The position numbers and the translations under genes were made by a program. The notes beneath the pieces were generated by a model. That model worked only from the letters and a program-made list of their open reading frames with translations, was not told the DNA's origin and did not search any database. Shown one piece after another: positions 1 to 8,497 of a DNA stretch of 64,000 bases. The first letter of the stretch is position 1; the number at the start of each line of letters is the position of its first letter. Where the stretch lies: the NCBI GenBank assembly GCA_947085855.1, contig CAMTYB010000001.1, forward strand, positions 149,788-213,787, given 5' to 3'. Source of the stretch: an uncultured Candidatus Saccharibacteria bacterium (GTDB lineage: Bacteria > Patescibacteriota > Saccharimonadia > Saccharimonadales > 2-12-FULL-41-12).

Positions 1-1
1 G

Positions 2-244
2 GAGCAAACATCGTCATTTAACGAAGCTGTGTCTTTAGCGGTCTTCTGCGAAGACCAAGCTGAAATTGACTATCTATGGGAGAAACTTTCGACCGATCCA
101 AAATTTGAGCAATGTGGCTGGTGCAAAGACAAATTTGGGGTCAGCTGGCAAATTGTGCCAAAAAATATTGAAGAACTGATGAAAAAACCAGATGCCTTCG
201 CCAAAATGATGGAGATGAAGAAATTGGTTATTGCCGATTTTTAA
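2..244 (+). CDS. PhnB-like / VOC-superfamily protein (3-demethylubiquinone-9 3-methyltransferase-domain family), C-terminal part; 5' end lies outside the window
   Basis: Frame is open from the window edge. The C-terminal sequence CEDQAEIDYLWEKLS...CGWCKDKFGVSWQIVP is typical of this family. Confidence 0.7.
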   Translation, partial: EQTSSFNEAVSLAVFCEDQAEIDYLWEKLSTDPKFEQCGWCKDKFGVSWQIVPKNIEELMKKPDAFAKMMEMKKLVIADF

Positions 245-248
245 CACA

Positions 249-656
249 ATGACCGTGGACGATAGGCAGTATCTAGAAAAGGCCCTACAACTGGCCACTC
301 AATCGCCCGAACCTATTGGATGTGGAGTGATCATCGTCAGCGACGGCAAAATAGTTGCCAAAGAATACAACTCACAGAGAAAAGATAATATAGCTATTAA
401 TCATGCCGAGCTTAAAGCTGTTGTCAGTGCTAATAAGAAAACAGGCAAGCGAAAATTAGCGAAAGCAACCGCTTACTGCAGTTGTGAACCGTGCGTAATG
501 TGCATAGCTGCGCTTTCGTACGCTGGTGTGGAACGCATTATTTACCACAAATCTATGTACGATCTGTTTCCTGATGATCCTCAGTCTAAGTTCGATACTA
601 CTTCTTTTATATCTGGGCTTAACTATGTGCCAGAGTTTATACAAATTAAAGTCTGA
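249..656 (+). CDS. CMP/dCMP-type zinc deaminase (nucleoside or tRNA-adenosine deaminase-like)
   Basis: Zinc-binding signature HAE (NHAELKAV) plus PCxxC (CEPCVMC). The ATG at 249 is preferred over the TTG at 231 given in the track. Confidence 0.85.
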   Translation: MTVDDRQYLEKALQLATQSPEPIGCGVIIVSDGKIVAKEYNSQRKDNIAINHAELKAVVSANKKTGKRKLAKATAYCSCEPCVMCIAALSYAGVERIIYHKSMYDLFPDDPQSKFDTTSFISGLNYVPEFIQIKV

Positions 657-1065
657 TTAATTTGCCTTTGCGCTTAATAATATTCTTATAGTCCCACTGA
701 ATTGTTTCTGATTTCTTAAGCCAACGCTTGAGAGATTCTACATCTACTTGATCAACAGCGGTGTAGCGTGCTTCAGCTGCCTTAAAGCTACCCTCTGGCT
801 TGAGGTCTTTTTCATCAAAAGATTGTCCACTCCAAAACAACAGACGGACGCAGTCTTTGAGTACATCATAGCCAACAATTGGATTGCCTTCGATAAACCA
901 GACCGGCGCACCATGCCAGATCTTACTTTCGGTTGCGTGGAAGTTTTTATGGATTTCCCGAGCAAGGAGGTCACAAATTTCACGGCGAGATGTTTCTTGA
1001 TCTTGATTGAACGTCTTTATAGCTGGATTCATATCTATATTGTACTCCCGGGGCTGCAGCTTCAC
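646..1065 (-). CDS. DUF1801 (YdhG-like) domain protein
   Basis: 139-aa ORF with the WHGAPVW...GNPIVGY...LLFWSGQSF pattern typical of DUF1801 proteins. Confidence 0.65.
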   Translation of the reverse strand: MKLQPREYNIDMNPAIKTFNQDQETSRREICDLLAREIHKNFHATESKIWHGAPVWFIEGNPIVGYDVLKDCVRLLFWSGQSFDEKDLKPEGSFKAAEARYTAVDQVDVESLKRWLKKSETIQWDYKNIIKRKGKLIRL

Positions 1066-1106
1066 AAAGGTAGCAAGCGCGACACCCCGGTTTTTCTGTC
1101 GATAAT

Positions 1107-2900
1107 TTACGTTGCACGTAGCTCTGCTTGCGCTTGCTGATACGATTGCAGGAATGCTTGCTCGTTGGCTTGAACTTCGATAGCCTCGAGAGCTGATGCT
1201 TCGAGATCGTTTAGCAGCGTGATAAAGCCACCGGTTTCAGCCATGAGATGGCTTGAAGCAAGGGCAGCTCGGCACTTAGCAACATGGCCGATCAGCTGCG
1301 TGCACACTTTTTTTAGTCCATGGTTAAAGAAATGTACTTCCAAGCGAGCTACGAGCTTTGCAAGCTTGTAATTGCCCGGCCCAACGTTGGCATCCCGCAG
1401 CAAGTCAGTCACAACTGTACTGAGCTGGCCGGCTCGCAGATCTTTGCGCCAGTCGTGCAAGTCATCATTCAACTGACGGGCGATTAGGTAGTGCTGTAGG
1501 GCTCGTTCAATTTTGTAGACCTGCTTCTTGGTAACTCTACCTGATAGCCGCGCTAGTAGCATTGCGCCGATGGCATGACCAAAGGCGCGGTCAGCCAAGA
1601 CAACGCGATTACCATAGTAGGGAAGCGAGGCCAGACTGATTGAGTCACTTTTTATGGGCGCGCGGGTATTGGCAATCTCCCAGGCATTTGCACAGTCAAT
1701 CGTTGTGTACATTTTGACAATATAGTCATGGAGCTCTGGGTGGTCTGGCAACGTTTGCCTATAGGTATCAAGTGATAAACGATGCGTCACGTTAGCCAGC
1801 GGCAATAATTCTGGGTCGCCTTCTTCATCAATAAAATCATCATAGATAATTGTCGAGATCCAGCAGAAAAAATTGGCGGCACCAAGTTGCTGCAGACAGT
1901 CTTCAGTTAATTGTGGGCGTTGTTTAAGTGAGGAAGCAAAGAAGCGGGGCATTAACACAATTTCATGATTACGATCAGCTCGCCGCATTTGGTCCCATAC
2001 TTTCAAGCCGGTTATATTGAGCGGAGTCGGCAGGGTAGACAACTGCTTTTTGGTCATCTGCAGCACTGCTTGATGAGCCTGAAGTTCAGTGTCGGCGACA
2101 GTAACATCAATTTTGGTAGACGCCAGCTGTAGACTGAGCGCTTCCAGAATGATAGCTATGGTTAAAATCTGATTCGGCTCAGACTGTAGGTTAACGGCGT
2201 ATAAACGCTCGGCCTTCCAGCTCGATTTGTGAATGAGTATTTCGCGCAATGACGTGACAAGGTCGCACAATGTAAAGGTATTACTAAAGCGATAAATACT
2301 TGTAATACGTAGTGCCGCCTGCTGAGCCGATATACCAGTGTGCGGCTGCTTTTGCAGTTCATCGAGCAACTGTAGCTTGCTGCTGGGCGAAACCGTTGAA
2401 GCTAGCAAATACCGAAATCCGTCTGGCGTAATAGCATCGTTGGGGTAGTCATTTCTTACCACCAAATCATCAAGATATTTATGCAGATTTGGCAATTCAA
2501 CATCGTGCTGAGATAAAAATCGAGCAATAAATATATTGGCTACTGGATCAAGCTGCACTGCCCCGGAAGCATACGGACCACCTGGAGCTATCTCGCTACC
2601 AACAAGTCTGTGCAGCGCATACGCCAGGTACGAGCCAGGAATAAACGTCTTATCGTAGCGCTGCAAAGCATCGAGCACGCAAAAAACTGTCAATAAATCT
2701 TGTGACAAAATCCAGTCTTTGGTGACAATTTTTTGCACGTTAAGCGCCAATTCTTGTCGCAATGACTCAGCGCCGCTAACCGGCTCGAGGGCATTAAGGA
2801 CTTTGGCGGCTAGAACCGGCGGCAGCGACGTGAGGGACGCGCTGGACTGCAGTCGTTTTAGACCGGTCTTTATGAGTTGGTGTGTTTTGTTCGATTGCAT
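1107..2900 (-). CDS. 597-aa two-domain protein; the C-terminal half resembles the class I isoprenoid-synthase fold (polyprenyl synthetase / ComQ-like)
   Basis: Asp-rich motifs IIYDDFIDEEGD (aa 351-362, nt 1815-1841) and QLNDDLHDWRKDLRAGQ (aa 476-492, nt 1452-1469 for NDDLHD) lie about 125 aa apart. AGGAAA sits 4-5 nt upstream of the ATG at 2900. Last gene of the two-component operon. Confidence 0.6.
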   Translation of the reverse strand: MQSNKTHQLIKTGLKRLQSSASLTSLPPVLAAKVLNALEPVSGAESLRQELALNVQKIVTKDWILSQDLLTVFCVLDALQRYDKTFIPGSYLAYALHRLVGSEIAPGGPYASGAVQLDPVANIFIARFLSQHDVELPNLHKYLDDLVVRNDYPNDAITPDGFRYLLASTVSPSSKLQLLDELQKQPHTGISAQQAALRITSIYRFSNTFTLCDLVTSLREILIHKSSWKAERLYAVNLQSEPNQILTIAIILEALSLQLASTKIDVTVADTELQAHQAVLQMTKKQLSTLPTPLNITGLKVWDQMRRADRNHEIVLMPRFFASSLKQRPQLTEDCLQQLGAANFFCWISTIIYDDFIDEEGDPELLPLANVTHRLSLDTYRQTLPDHPELHDYIVKMYTTIDCANAWEIANTRAPIKSDSISLASLPYYGNRVVLADRAFGHAIGAMLLARLSGRVTKKQVYKIERALQHYLIARQLNDDLHDWRKDLRAGQLSTVVTDLLRDANVGPGNYKLAKLVARLEVHFFNHGLKKVCTQLIGHVAKCRAALASSHLMAETGGFITLLNDLEASALEAIEVQANEQAFLQSYQQAQAELRAT

Positions 2901-4353
2901 GTAGTTTCCTGTTGGGGAGGGTGACTGTAAAGGTTGTTGGCTTGGAGTTATTTTCTAGTTGAACCGTACCTTTAAAGTGTGTCTCAATGATCTGTTTAGT
3001 AATAAATAGGCCAATGCCCATACCCGTTTCTTTGGTTGAATAAAACGGCTTGAAAAGTTCTGCTCGCTGCTTCGGAGACAAACCAACACCCCAATCACTG
3101 ATGCGCACGACAATTTCATGAGCGTTGGTGTGTAGCGCGATCCTAACTCGACGCTGGCGCTTTGGGATATCCGCTGGACGAGTAGCATCCAGGGCATTGG
3201 TTAGTAGAATTGTAATAACCTGGCCAAAGCGTGTTTGATCACCCTCATACTGTTGATGTCGTCGTAAGCCTCGCTGTACGAGCGACAGGCGAACATCTGC
3301 TTCGCTAAACTTTGGACGCAGGTGTGCTACTACGGACTCGACGTTTTCGGCGCAATTAAACGATTGTACTTCGCCTTTATCATGCAACTGTCGACTCACG
3401 CGGGCGACCAAGTCATCGAGGTACATCATGCTTTGTTTGGCATTTTTTATTGTAGCCATATTGCGACGCTTTTGACGCAATTCCAGGTCTTCAATATCAA
3501 GCGTCAATGAACTTAGATGGTTCGCCAAGTCGTGAAGCAACGCTGTACTCAGTTGTCCAAGTTCAGCAAAACGATACAGCTGCTGCATTTCGGCTAATTG
3601 AGCAGCTCGCAATTTCTCGGTTCGCTCTTTTAGCCTGACTGCCAATAGATTTCTCTCTTTTTTGAGCGCCATTTCGGCAGCACGGGCTTGATAAAGCGAA
3701 CGCTCTATCTGCCGACCAAACACCCAAGACACCAGAGCCAATATAACGAAAAGTAAGCAGTAGCCAATGGCCTCGCCAAATAGTGAGGGTGCTCCGGTTT
3801 GCCAACTCATATTGGCAATGTGAATTTCGAAAGTTGTCAAAAACTGTAGGACTAAGACGATAGCGCAAAACACACCACCGGTATAGAGAGAGTACCGTGC
3901 GCCCAGCAATATGCCAGCCAAGGTAATCGTCACACACATCAGGAGCGTGGCGAAGGGCATATTTATGCTCCACCACCAAGCTGATGAGCTGGCGATCAAA
4001 GCGTAAAATACCACCAGTAAAACCGAGGCCAAACGAAGCTGGCGACGCTTAAACAGCCAATAGAGACCGCCGAGGTATACAACTGCGCCGGCATTTGTTA
4101 CGAGACGAGCAATAACATACGTGTTGCCAGAAAAATAACTCAGTAGCAACAAAGCACAAAATATACTCGTGATAGATAATGTGCCGATAAGCAACGTTCG
4201 TAGCACGCGTTCACGGGCTTTATTTTCCGGGAGCAGGTGGCGCTTGCTGCGAGCTGTCAGCCGGCTATTTATACTAAACATTCGTTGCCATGGTCTATGC
4301 ACCGAAGTGGTTGAAAATCGGAGTTTTTTATTGGGCTGTCTTGACTGTGTCAT
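2794..4353 (-). CDS. Sensor histidine kinase with a membrane-embedded N-terminal sensor of about six TM helices
   Basis: Six hydrophobic segments in aa ~50-215 with minimal loops. H-box LLHDLANHLSSL, N-box LLTNALDA, G1 DWGVGL, F/G2 FKPFYSTK..GMGIGL. RBS GGAGAAAG lies upstream of the ATG at 4353. Confidence 0.9.
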   Translation of the reverse strand: MTQSRQPNKKLRFSTTSVHRPWQRMFSINSRLTARSKRHLLPENKARERVLRTLLIGTLSITSIFCALLLLSYFSGNTYVIARLVTNAGAVVYLGGLYWLFKRRQLRLASVLLVVFYALIASSSAWWWSINMPFATLLMCVTITLAGILLGARYSLYTGGVFCAIVLVLQFLTTFEIHIANMSWQTGAPSLFGEAIGYCLLFVILALVSWVFGRQIERSLYQARAAEMALKKERNLLAVRLKERTEKLRAAQLAEMQQLYRFAELGQLSTALLHDLANHLSSLTLDIEDLELRQKRRNMATIKNAKQSMMYLDDLVARVSRQLHDKGEVQSFNCAENVESVVAHLRPKFSEADVRLSLVQRGLRRHQQYEGDQTRFGQVITILLTNALDATRPADIPKRQRRVRIALHTNAHEIVVRISDWGVGLSPKQRAELFKPFYSTKETGMGIGLFITKQIIETHFKGTVQLENNSKPTTFTVTLPNRKLHAIEQNTPTHKDRSKTTAVQRVPHVAAAGSSRQSP

Positions 4354-4398
4354 AATCTTTCTCCGATTCTCGACCCACCCTTATCTTTGTGTTCCGAG

Positions 4399-4518
4399 CT
4401 AGTCGGCTACATTCCACCAGGGAATGCCGGCACTCAACTCTTGGACCAACTGTGCTTTTACAGCCTCGTTGGTTCGTGCGTCCACATTTGTGAGCACACT
4501 AGAGATTGTTGACTTCAT
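4399..4518 (-). CDS. Untracked 39-codon ORF (MKSTISSVLTNVDARTNEAVKAQLVQELSAGIPWWNVAD); candidate ComX-like pheromone precursor
   Basis: ATG at 4518 is preceded by AAGGTAGAAAGG with 8-nt spacing. It starts 27 nt after the regulator stop and ends 45 nt before the kinase start. Translated by hand, because it is below the track's length cutoff. Confidence 0.4.
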   Translation of the reverse strand: MKSTISSVLTNVDARTNEAVKAQLVQELSAGIPWWNVAD

Positions 4519-4545
4519 TATAGCAACCTTTCTACCTTATCTTAT

Positions 4546-5229
4546 CTACGGGGTACTTTCGACCATATACCCAATCCCATAAGCCGTTTTAATAATCGAA
4601 CTCTGAAAGGGCCGGTCAATTTTATCGCGGAGGTGCTTTATATGAACGTCAACGGTTCCATTCCAACTCTCTTTACCACTTTCCCAGGCATGGTTAAGGA
4701 TCATTTCCCTCGATACTGCTCTACCACGGTTACTCACAAGATATTGTAAGATATCAAATTCCTTGCGTCGTAAGGGCACCAAAACACCACAACGCCGCAC
4801 CTGTCGCCGACTGGTATCGACTTCGAGGTCACCAACGGTAATAATGCTGCCAATATAAGGCATAGGCTGACGCCGGGCGAGTGCAGTCACGCGAGCAACC
4901 AGCTCGGCTCCATTAAACGGCTTAGCCAAATAATCATCCGCGCCAGTTTCTAGTAACTGCACGCGTGACTGCACATCATCAACACCCGTCAAAATAAGAA
5001 TAGGTGACTTTACGCCATTCTCACGAATGGTCTTGCATATAATCATGCCGTGGATGTCCGGCAGACCAAGATCAAGGATGATAACTCCATAATTTACGAG
5101 GCCAATTTGATGCAGTGCATCCTTGCCGGTGTGTACAACGTCGACAAGATAGCGTTTGCCAAGCACCGACTTGATGCGTTTAGCCAACCCCTTGCTATCT
5201 TCCACTACAAGCAACTTCATCCCAAACAT
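4546..5229 (-). CDS. OmpR-family response regulator (receiver plus winged-helix DNA-binding domain)
   Basis: Receiver MKLLVVEDS...DLGLPD...; C-terminal wHTH (RRKEFDILQYLVSNRGRAVSRE...TVDVHIKHLRDKID...IKTAYGIGY). The likely true start is the ATG at 5220 (MKLLVVED), with AAGGA 9 nt upstream. Confidence 0.9.
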   Translation of the reverse strand: MFGMKLLVVEDSKGLAKRIKSVLGKRYLVDVVHTGKDALHQIGLVNYGVIILDLGLPDIHGMIICKTIRENGVKSPILILTGVDDVQSRVQLLETGADDYLAKPFNGAELVARVTALARRQPMPYIGSIITVGDLEVDTSRRQVRRCGVLVPLRRKEFDILQYLVSNRGRAVSREMILNHAWESGKESWNGTVDVHIKHLRDKIDRPFQSSIIKTAYGIGYMVESTP

Positions 5230-5399
5230 CCTTGTGCTTAATACGTTTACCTAAATCTTATCTTATAAATCTTAAATATTTCTTAACTTTTAATATAATA
5301 TCGCTCGCTTACAATCTGTTTATGGTAATCGGTGTAGAAAGTTAAGATTAATGAGACACACTTCTTTCCTTACGAAGACAGGTGTATTGTATAGAGGAC

Positions 5400-7454
5400 A
5401 TGAAACGTCTGGTGCGAGTAACTCCTCTACAATATATACTTTATGCCATTGTGAGTGCAGGAGTGCTCACAGTAGTACTGCAGACATTTACGGCTATACG
5501 CGTCGATAGTTGGAAGAGTGCTTTAGTCGGCGTATTACTCATCCAAATTGTTCAAATTATCTTACAGCCCTTATTTTCTTTACTGGCACGTGTATTGGGC
5601 ATGCTCGGTATTTTGCTTGTTAGCCTGTTTGGATATGCGCTTGTGGTGTGGGTAACACTCGAGATTGTGCCTGGCATCCACCATGTCAGCTTTTCTGGTA
5701 GCCTCGTCGGCACTTGGATATATGCTGCCGTTATTGCGTTCTTGCAGTGGATTATGCTGGCACAGTCAGACGAGTATTTTTTGCGGCAAGTAGTGCGCGG
5801 GGCAAAAAACAAAAAGCAAATAAAAACTGAGCAGCCAGGCTTTGTATTTGTTCAGCTTGATGGCGTCTCAACCCAAGTCTTAGAGTGGCAACTCAACACC
5901 GGCAACGTGCCAAACATTAAGCGGTTAATCGACTCCGATGCGTATGCGTTGCAAAATTGGCACACTCAGATCCCATCAACCACACCGGCATCTCAAGCAG
6001 GCATCCTATTTGGAACCAACCAAAACATTCCGGCGTTTAGGTGGTACGAGAGAGAAACCAATACATTTATGGTAGCCAACCAACCACGCAGTGCCGCATT
6101 GATAGAGAAGCGTCTAAGTACCGGTACTGGGCTATTGGTCGATGACGGCGTTAGCATTGGCAATCTCTTTTCTGGCGATGCCCCACACAACATTATGGTC
6201 ATGAGTAAGCTGGATGGTAATCGTCAATCACTGCAGGCTATGCGCGCTTATACGAACTATTTCTCAAATCTGTACGGCTTTATGCGTGCCTTCGTTCTGT
6301 CAATCGGTGAAATGGTCAAAGAGATCTATCAAGCACAGCGGCAACGCATACGTAAGATTGAGCCACGAGTGTCACGGCGGGCAAGCTATGTTGTTTTGCG
6401 AGCGGCTACCAATGTTTTGCTACGTGATTTGCAAACTACCATCGTGGCAGACCAGATGATTCAAGGCAAGAATTCAATTTATGTAGACTACTTGGATTAC
6501 GACGAAATCGCCCATCATGCCGGCATAGCCCGACCCGAGTCATTGGCTGCCCTAACAGGACTCGATCACATTGTCGGCATTCTCATGCAAGCCAAGCAGC
6601 ATGCACCACGGCCGTATCACATCGTCTTCGTGTCTGACCATGGCCAAAGTCAGGGAGCAACCTTCAAGCAACTACACCATGGCGTAAGCCTTGAGGATCA
6701 CATCGGGCAGCTACTTGGCACTTCAGCCGTACATGCCTCAACCAAGCCAGTTGAACAACAAAGTATAGTGCGGACATTATTAGCTCAAACTGGCGCTGGA
6801 ACTGGCGCTATAAGTTCCGTAATTGGAGTATTTGGTAAAAAATATAAACTCAAGAGTCAGCAGAACGCGACGCAGCACACAACTAAATCAACGAGCACTA
6901 CTAATGTAATCGTAACGGGGTCAGGCAATCTTGGTAATATTTGGCTGAAGAAGTTTGCTAAGCGTCCAAACAAAGAAGCCATCGACACAGCCTATCCGGG
7001 CTTTATTGATGCCTTGCTCGCTACCAAGGGGATCGGTTTAGTTATTGTTGATACGACTGACTCTGGACCAGTTTGCTACAGCCAGACAGGATCAATCGTA
7101 CTGAAAACAGGGGAGACTACGGGCGTAGATCCACTAGCCCAATATGATGCCATCCGGCCAAAAGATTTACTAAAAGTAGCCACTATGTCGAATACGCCAG
7201 ACGTACAAATACTTTCGAGTTTTCATCCCTCGTCAAAAGAAGTACACGCCTTTGAAGAGTTGGTAGGTAATCATGGTGGCATTGGCGGCTGGCAAACCAA
7301 TGCAATTTTGCTTTATCCAACCAAGCTCAAGATTGCCAGCCGCTTCTACGAAGACGGGGAATTATACGACAGTACAGTAATATATCACATTTTAACAGAT
7401 TGGCTTAAGAAGTCCGGTCACAGACGCGCAGTTGTAAAAAATAACCGTAACTAG
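5400..7454 (+). CDS. Membrane protein: holin-family-IV-like N-terminal TM region fused to an alkaline phosphatase / nucleotide pyrophosphatase-family domain
   Basis: Four N-terminal TM segments. Motifs FVFVQLDGVS, DYDEIAHHAG, FVSDHGQSQG and GNHGGIGG are typical of the type I phosphodiesterase/AP superfamily. ATG at 5400 follows AGAGGA. Confidence 0.8.
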   Translation: MKRLVRVTPLQYILYAIVSAGVLTVVLQTFTAIRVDSWKSALVGVLLIQIVQIILQPLFSLLARVLGMLGILLVSLFGYALVVWVTLEIVPGIHHVSFSGSLVGTWIYAAVIAFLQWIMLAQSDEYFLRQVVRGAKNKKQIKTEQPGFVFVQLDGVSTQVLEWQLNTGNVPNIKRLIDSDAYALQNWHTQIPSTTPASQAGILFGTNQNIPAFRWYERETNTFMVANQPRSAALIEKRLSTGTGLLVDDGVSIGNLFSGDAPHNIMVMSKLDGNRQSLQAMRAYTNYFSNLYGFMRAFVLSIGEMVKEIYQAQRQRIRKIEPRVSRRASYVVLRAATNVLLRDLQTTIVADQMIQGKNSIYVDYLDYDEIAHHAGIARPESLAALTGLDHIVGILMQAKQHAPRPYHIVFVSDHGQSQGATFKQLHHGVSLEDHIGQLLGTSAVHASTKPVEQQSIVRTLLAQTGAGTGAISSVIGVFGKKYKLKSQQNATQHTTKSTSTTNVIVTGSGNLGNIWLKKFAKRPNKEAIDTAYPGFIDALLATKGIGLVIVDTTDSGPVCYSQTGSIVLKTGETTGVDPLAQYDAIRPKDLLKVATMSNTPDVQILSSFHPSSKEVHAFEELVGNHGGIGGWQTNAILLYPTKLKIASRFYEDGELYDSTVIYHILTDWLKKSGHRRAVVKNNRN

Positions 7455-7580
7455 CATCAAATTGTCATTCATGGTAAAAATACCTCTATGTTAGTTTTGG
7501 TGGCGCGACATGCCCCGTATTTTCTTTTGACCAAAACCACTACTGCCGCTTGGAGCGACAGTGCTCAATAGGTCATCGTT

Positions 7581-8468
7581 ATGGAGCGACAACCTTTTCA
7601 CAACCCTGAGCGAATCTATCAGAGCAGAAAAGATATAGTCTACGCAGCTAAGAGACTTGGATTGGTGACGCTGGCTGCTGTCAGTCTCTTACCGGCAGCC
7701 CCGACCTCAAGCAATATAGTAGCCGCCTCCCCGGCGGCAATCAGCCAAGCTACGCTCGATAAATTATCTATTCCAGCCGATTTACCTGATATCCAAAATA
7801 CTCACTGGGATGACTTTCATGGCAGTGGTGCACCTATCAACTTTACGCCCAGCGGCTTTGGCAAGGGTCGAGCTGACGAAGGTGACGAATTTATGCAAGT
7901 TAAGCGCAGTTACTCAGGTGACTGGGGGCTCGGTTTGATTGTTAGCAAAAATCGAGACGAGCCAATTCAGTGCGGCTGGATAGAAACTCTCATTCTAAGT
8001 GATAAAAAAGTATACAACCCAGCCAATAATCCGTGTCTCCCATTTTGGGGCATTATGAAAAACTTTTCTTCTTTTGGTCAAGACCCAAACGGTGCACCGG
8101 GCAAATTCGTTGACGGCTCACCTATAAATATTTCTCCTAAGTGCTCTCACCCATATTTCTACGGTAACTATGCTACACCATATTGGGGTCCAAATAATAT
8201 GTCATATCCAGAAACATCAGGTGGCTTTTACGACAAAATCAGATTTGTCAGCGGCAAAGAAACCGTTTGGTACCGCTATACTGTTAAAAGCCGCGGCGCT
8301 GCCGAAGCTGTTTATGTGCGCATCAAGTCACCGGATGGGAAAGGCGGCTGGGGCTTTATGAAACGAGACTGTTTTGACGAGACACCAAAAGGCAATGCCA
8401 AAGAAAAAACCAGCGAAACTGTGCCTGGCGCTAATCCTGACCCAGATAGCAAACCAAAAGACAAGTAG
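7581..8468 (+). CDS. Hypothetical secreted or anchored protein
   Basis: 295-aa ORF with an N-terminal hydrophobic anchor (LGLVTLAAVSLLPAAP). Cys-containing, with a C-terminal Lys/Pro/Asp-rich tail. No family recognised. Confidence 0.6.
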   Translation: MERQPFHNPERIYQSRKDIVYAAKRLGLVTLAAVSLLPAAPTSSNIVAASPAAISQATLDKLSIPADLPDIQNTHWDDFHGSGAPINFTPSGFGKGRADEGDEFMQVKRSYSGDWGLGLIVSKNRDEPIQCGWIETLILSDKKVYNPANNPCLPFWGIMKNFSSFGQDPNGAPGKFVDGSPINISPKCSHPYFYGNYATPYWGPNNMSYPETSGGFYDKIRFVSGKETVWYRYTVKSRGAAEAVYVRIKSPDGKGGWGFMKRDCFDETPKGNAKEKTSETVPGANPDPDSKPKDK

Positions 8469-8497
8469 CAAACAGTGCGGTCTGCTACACTAAAAAG

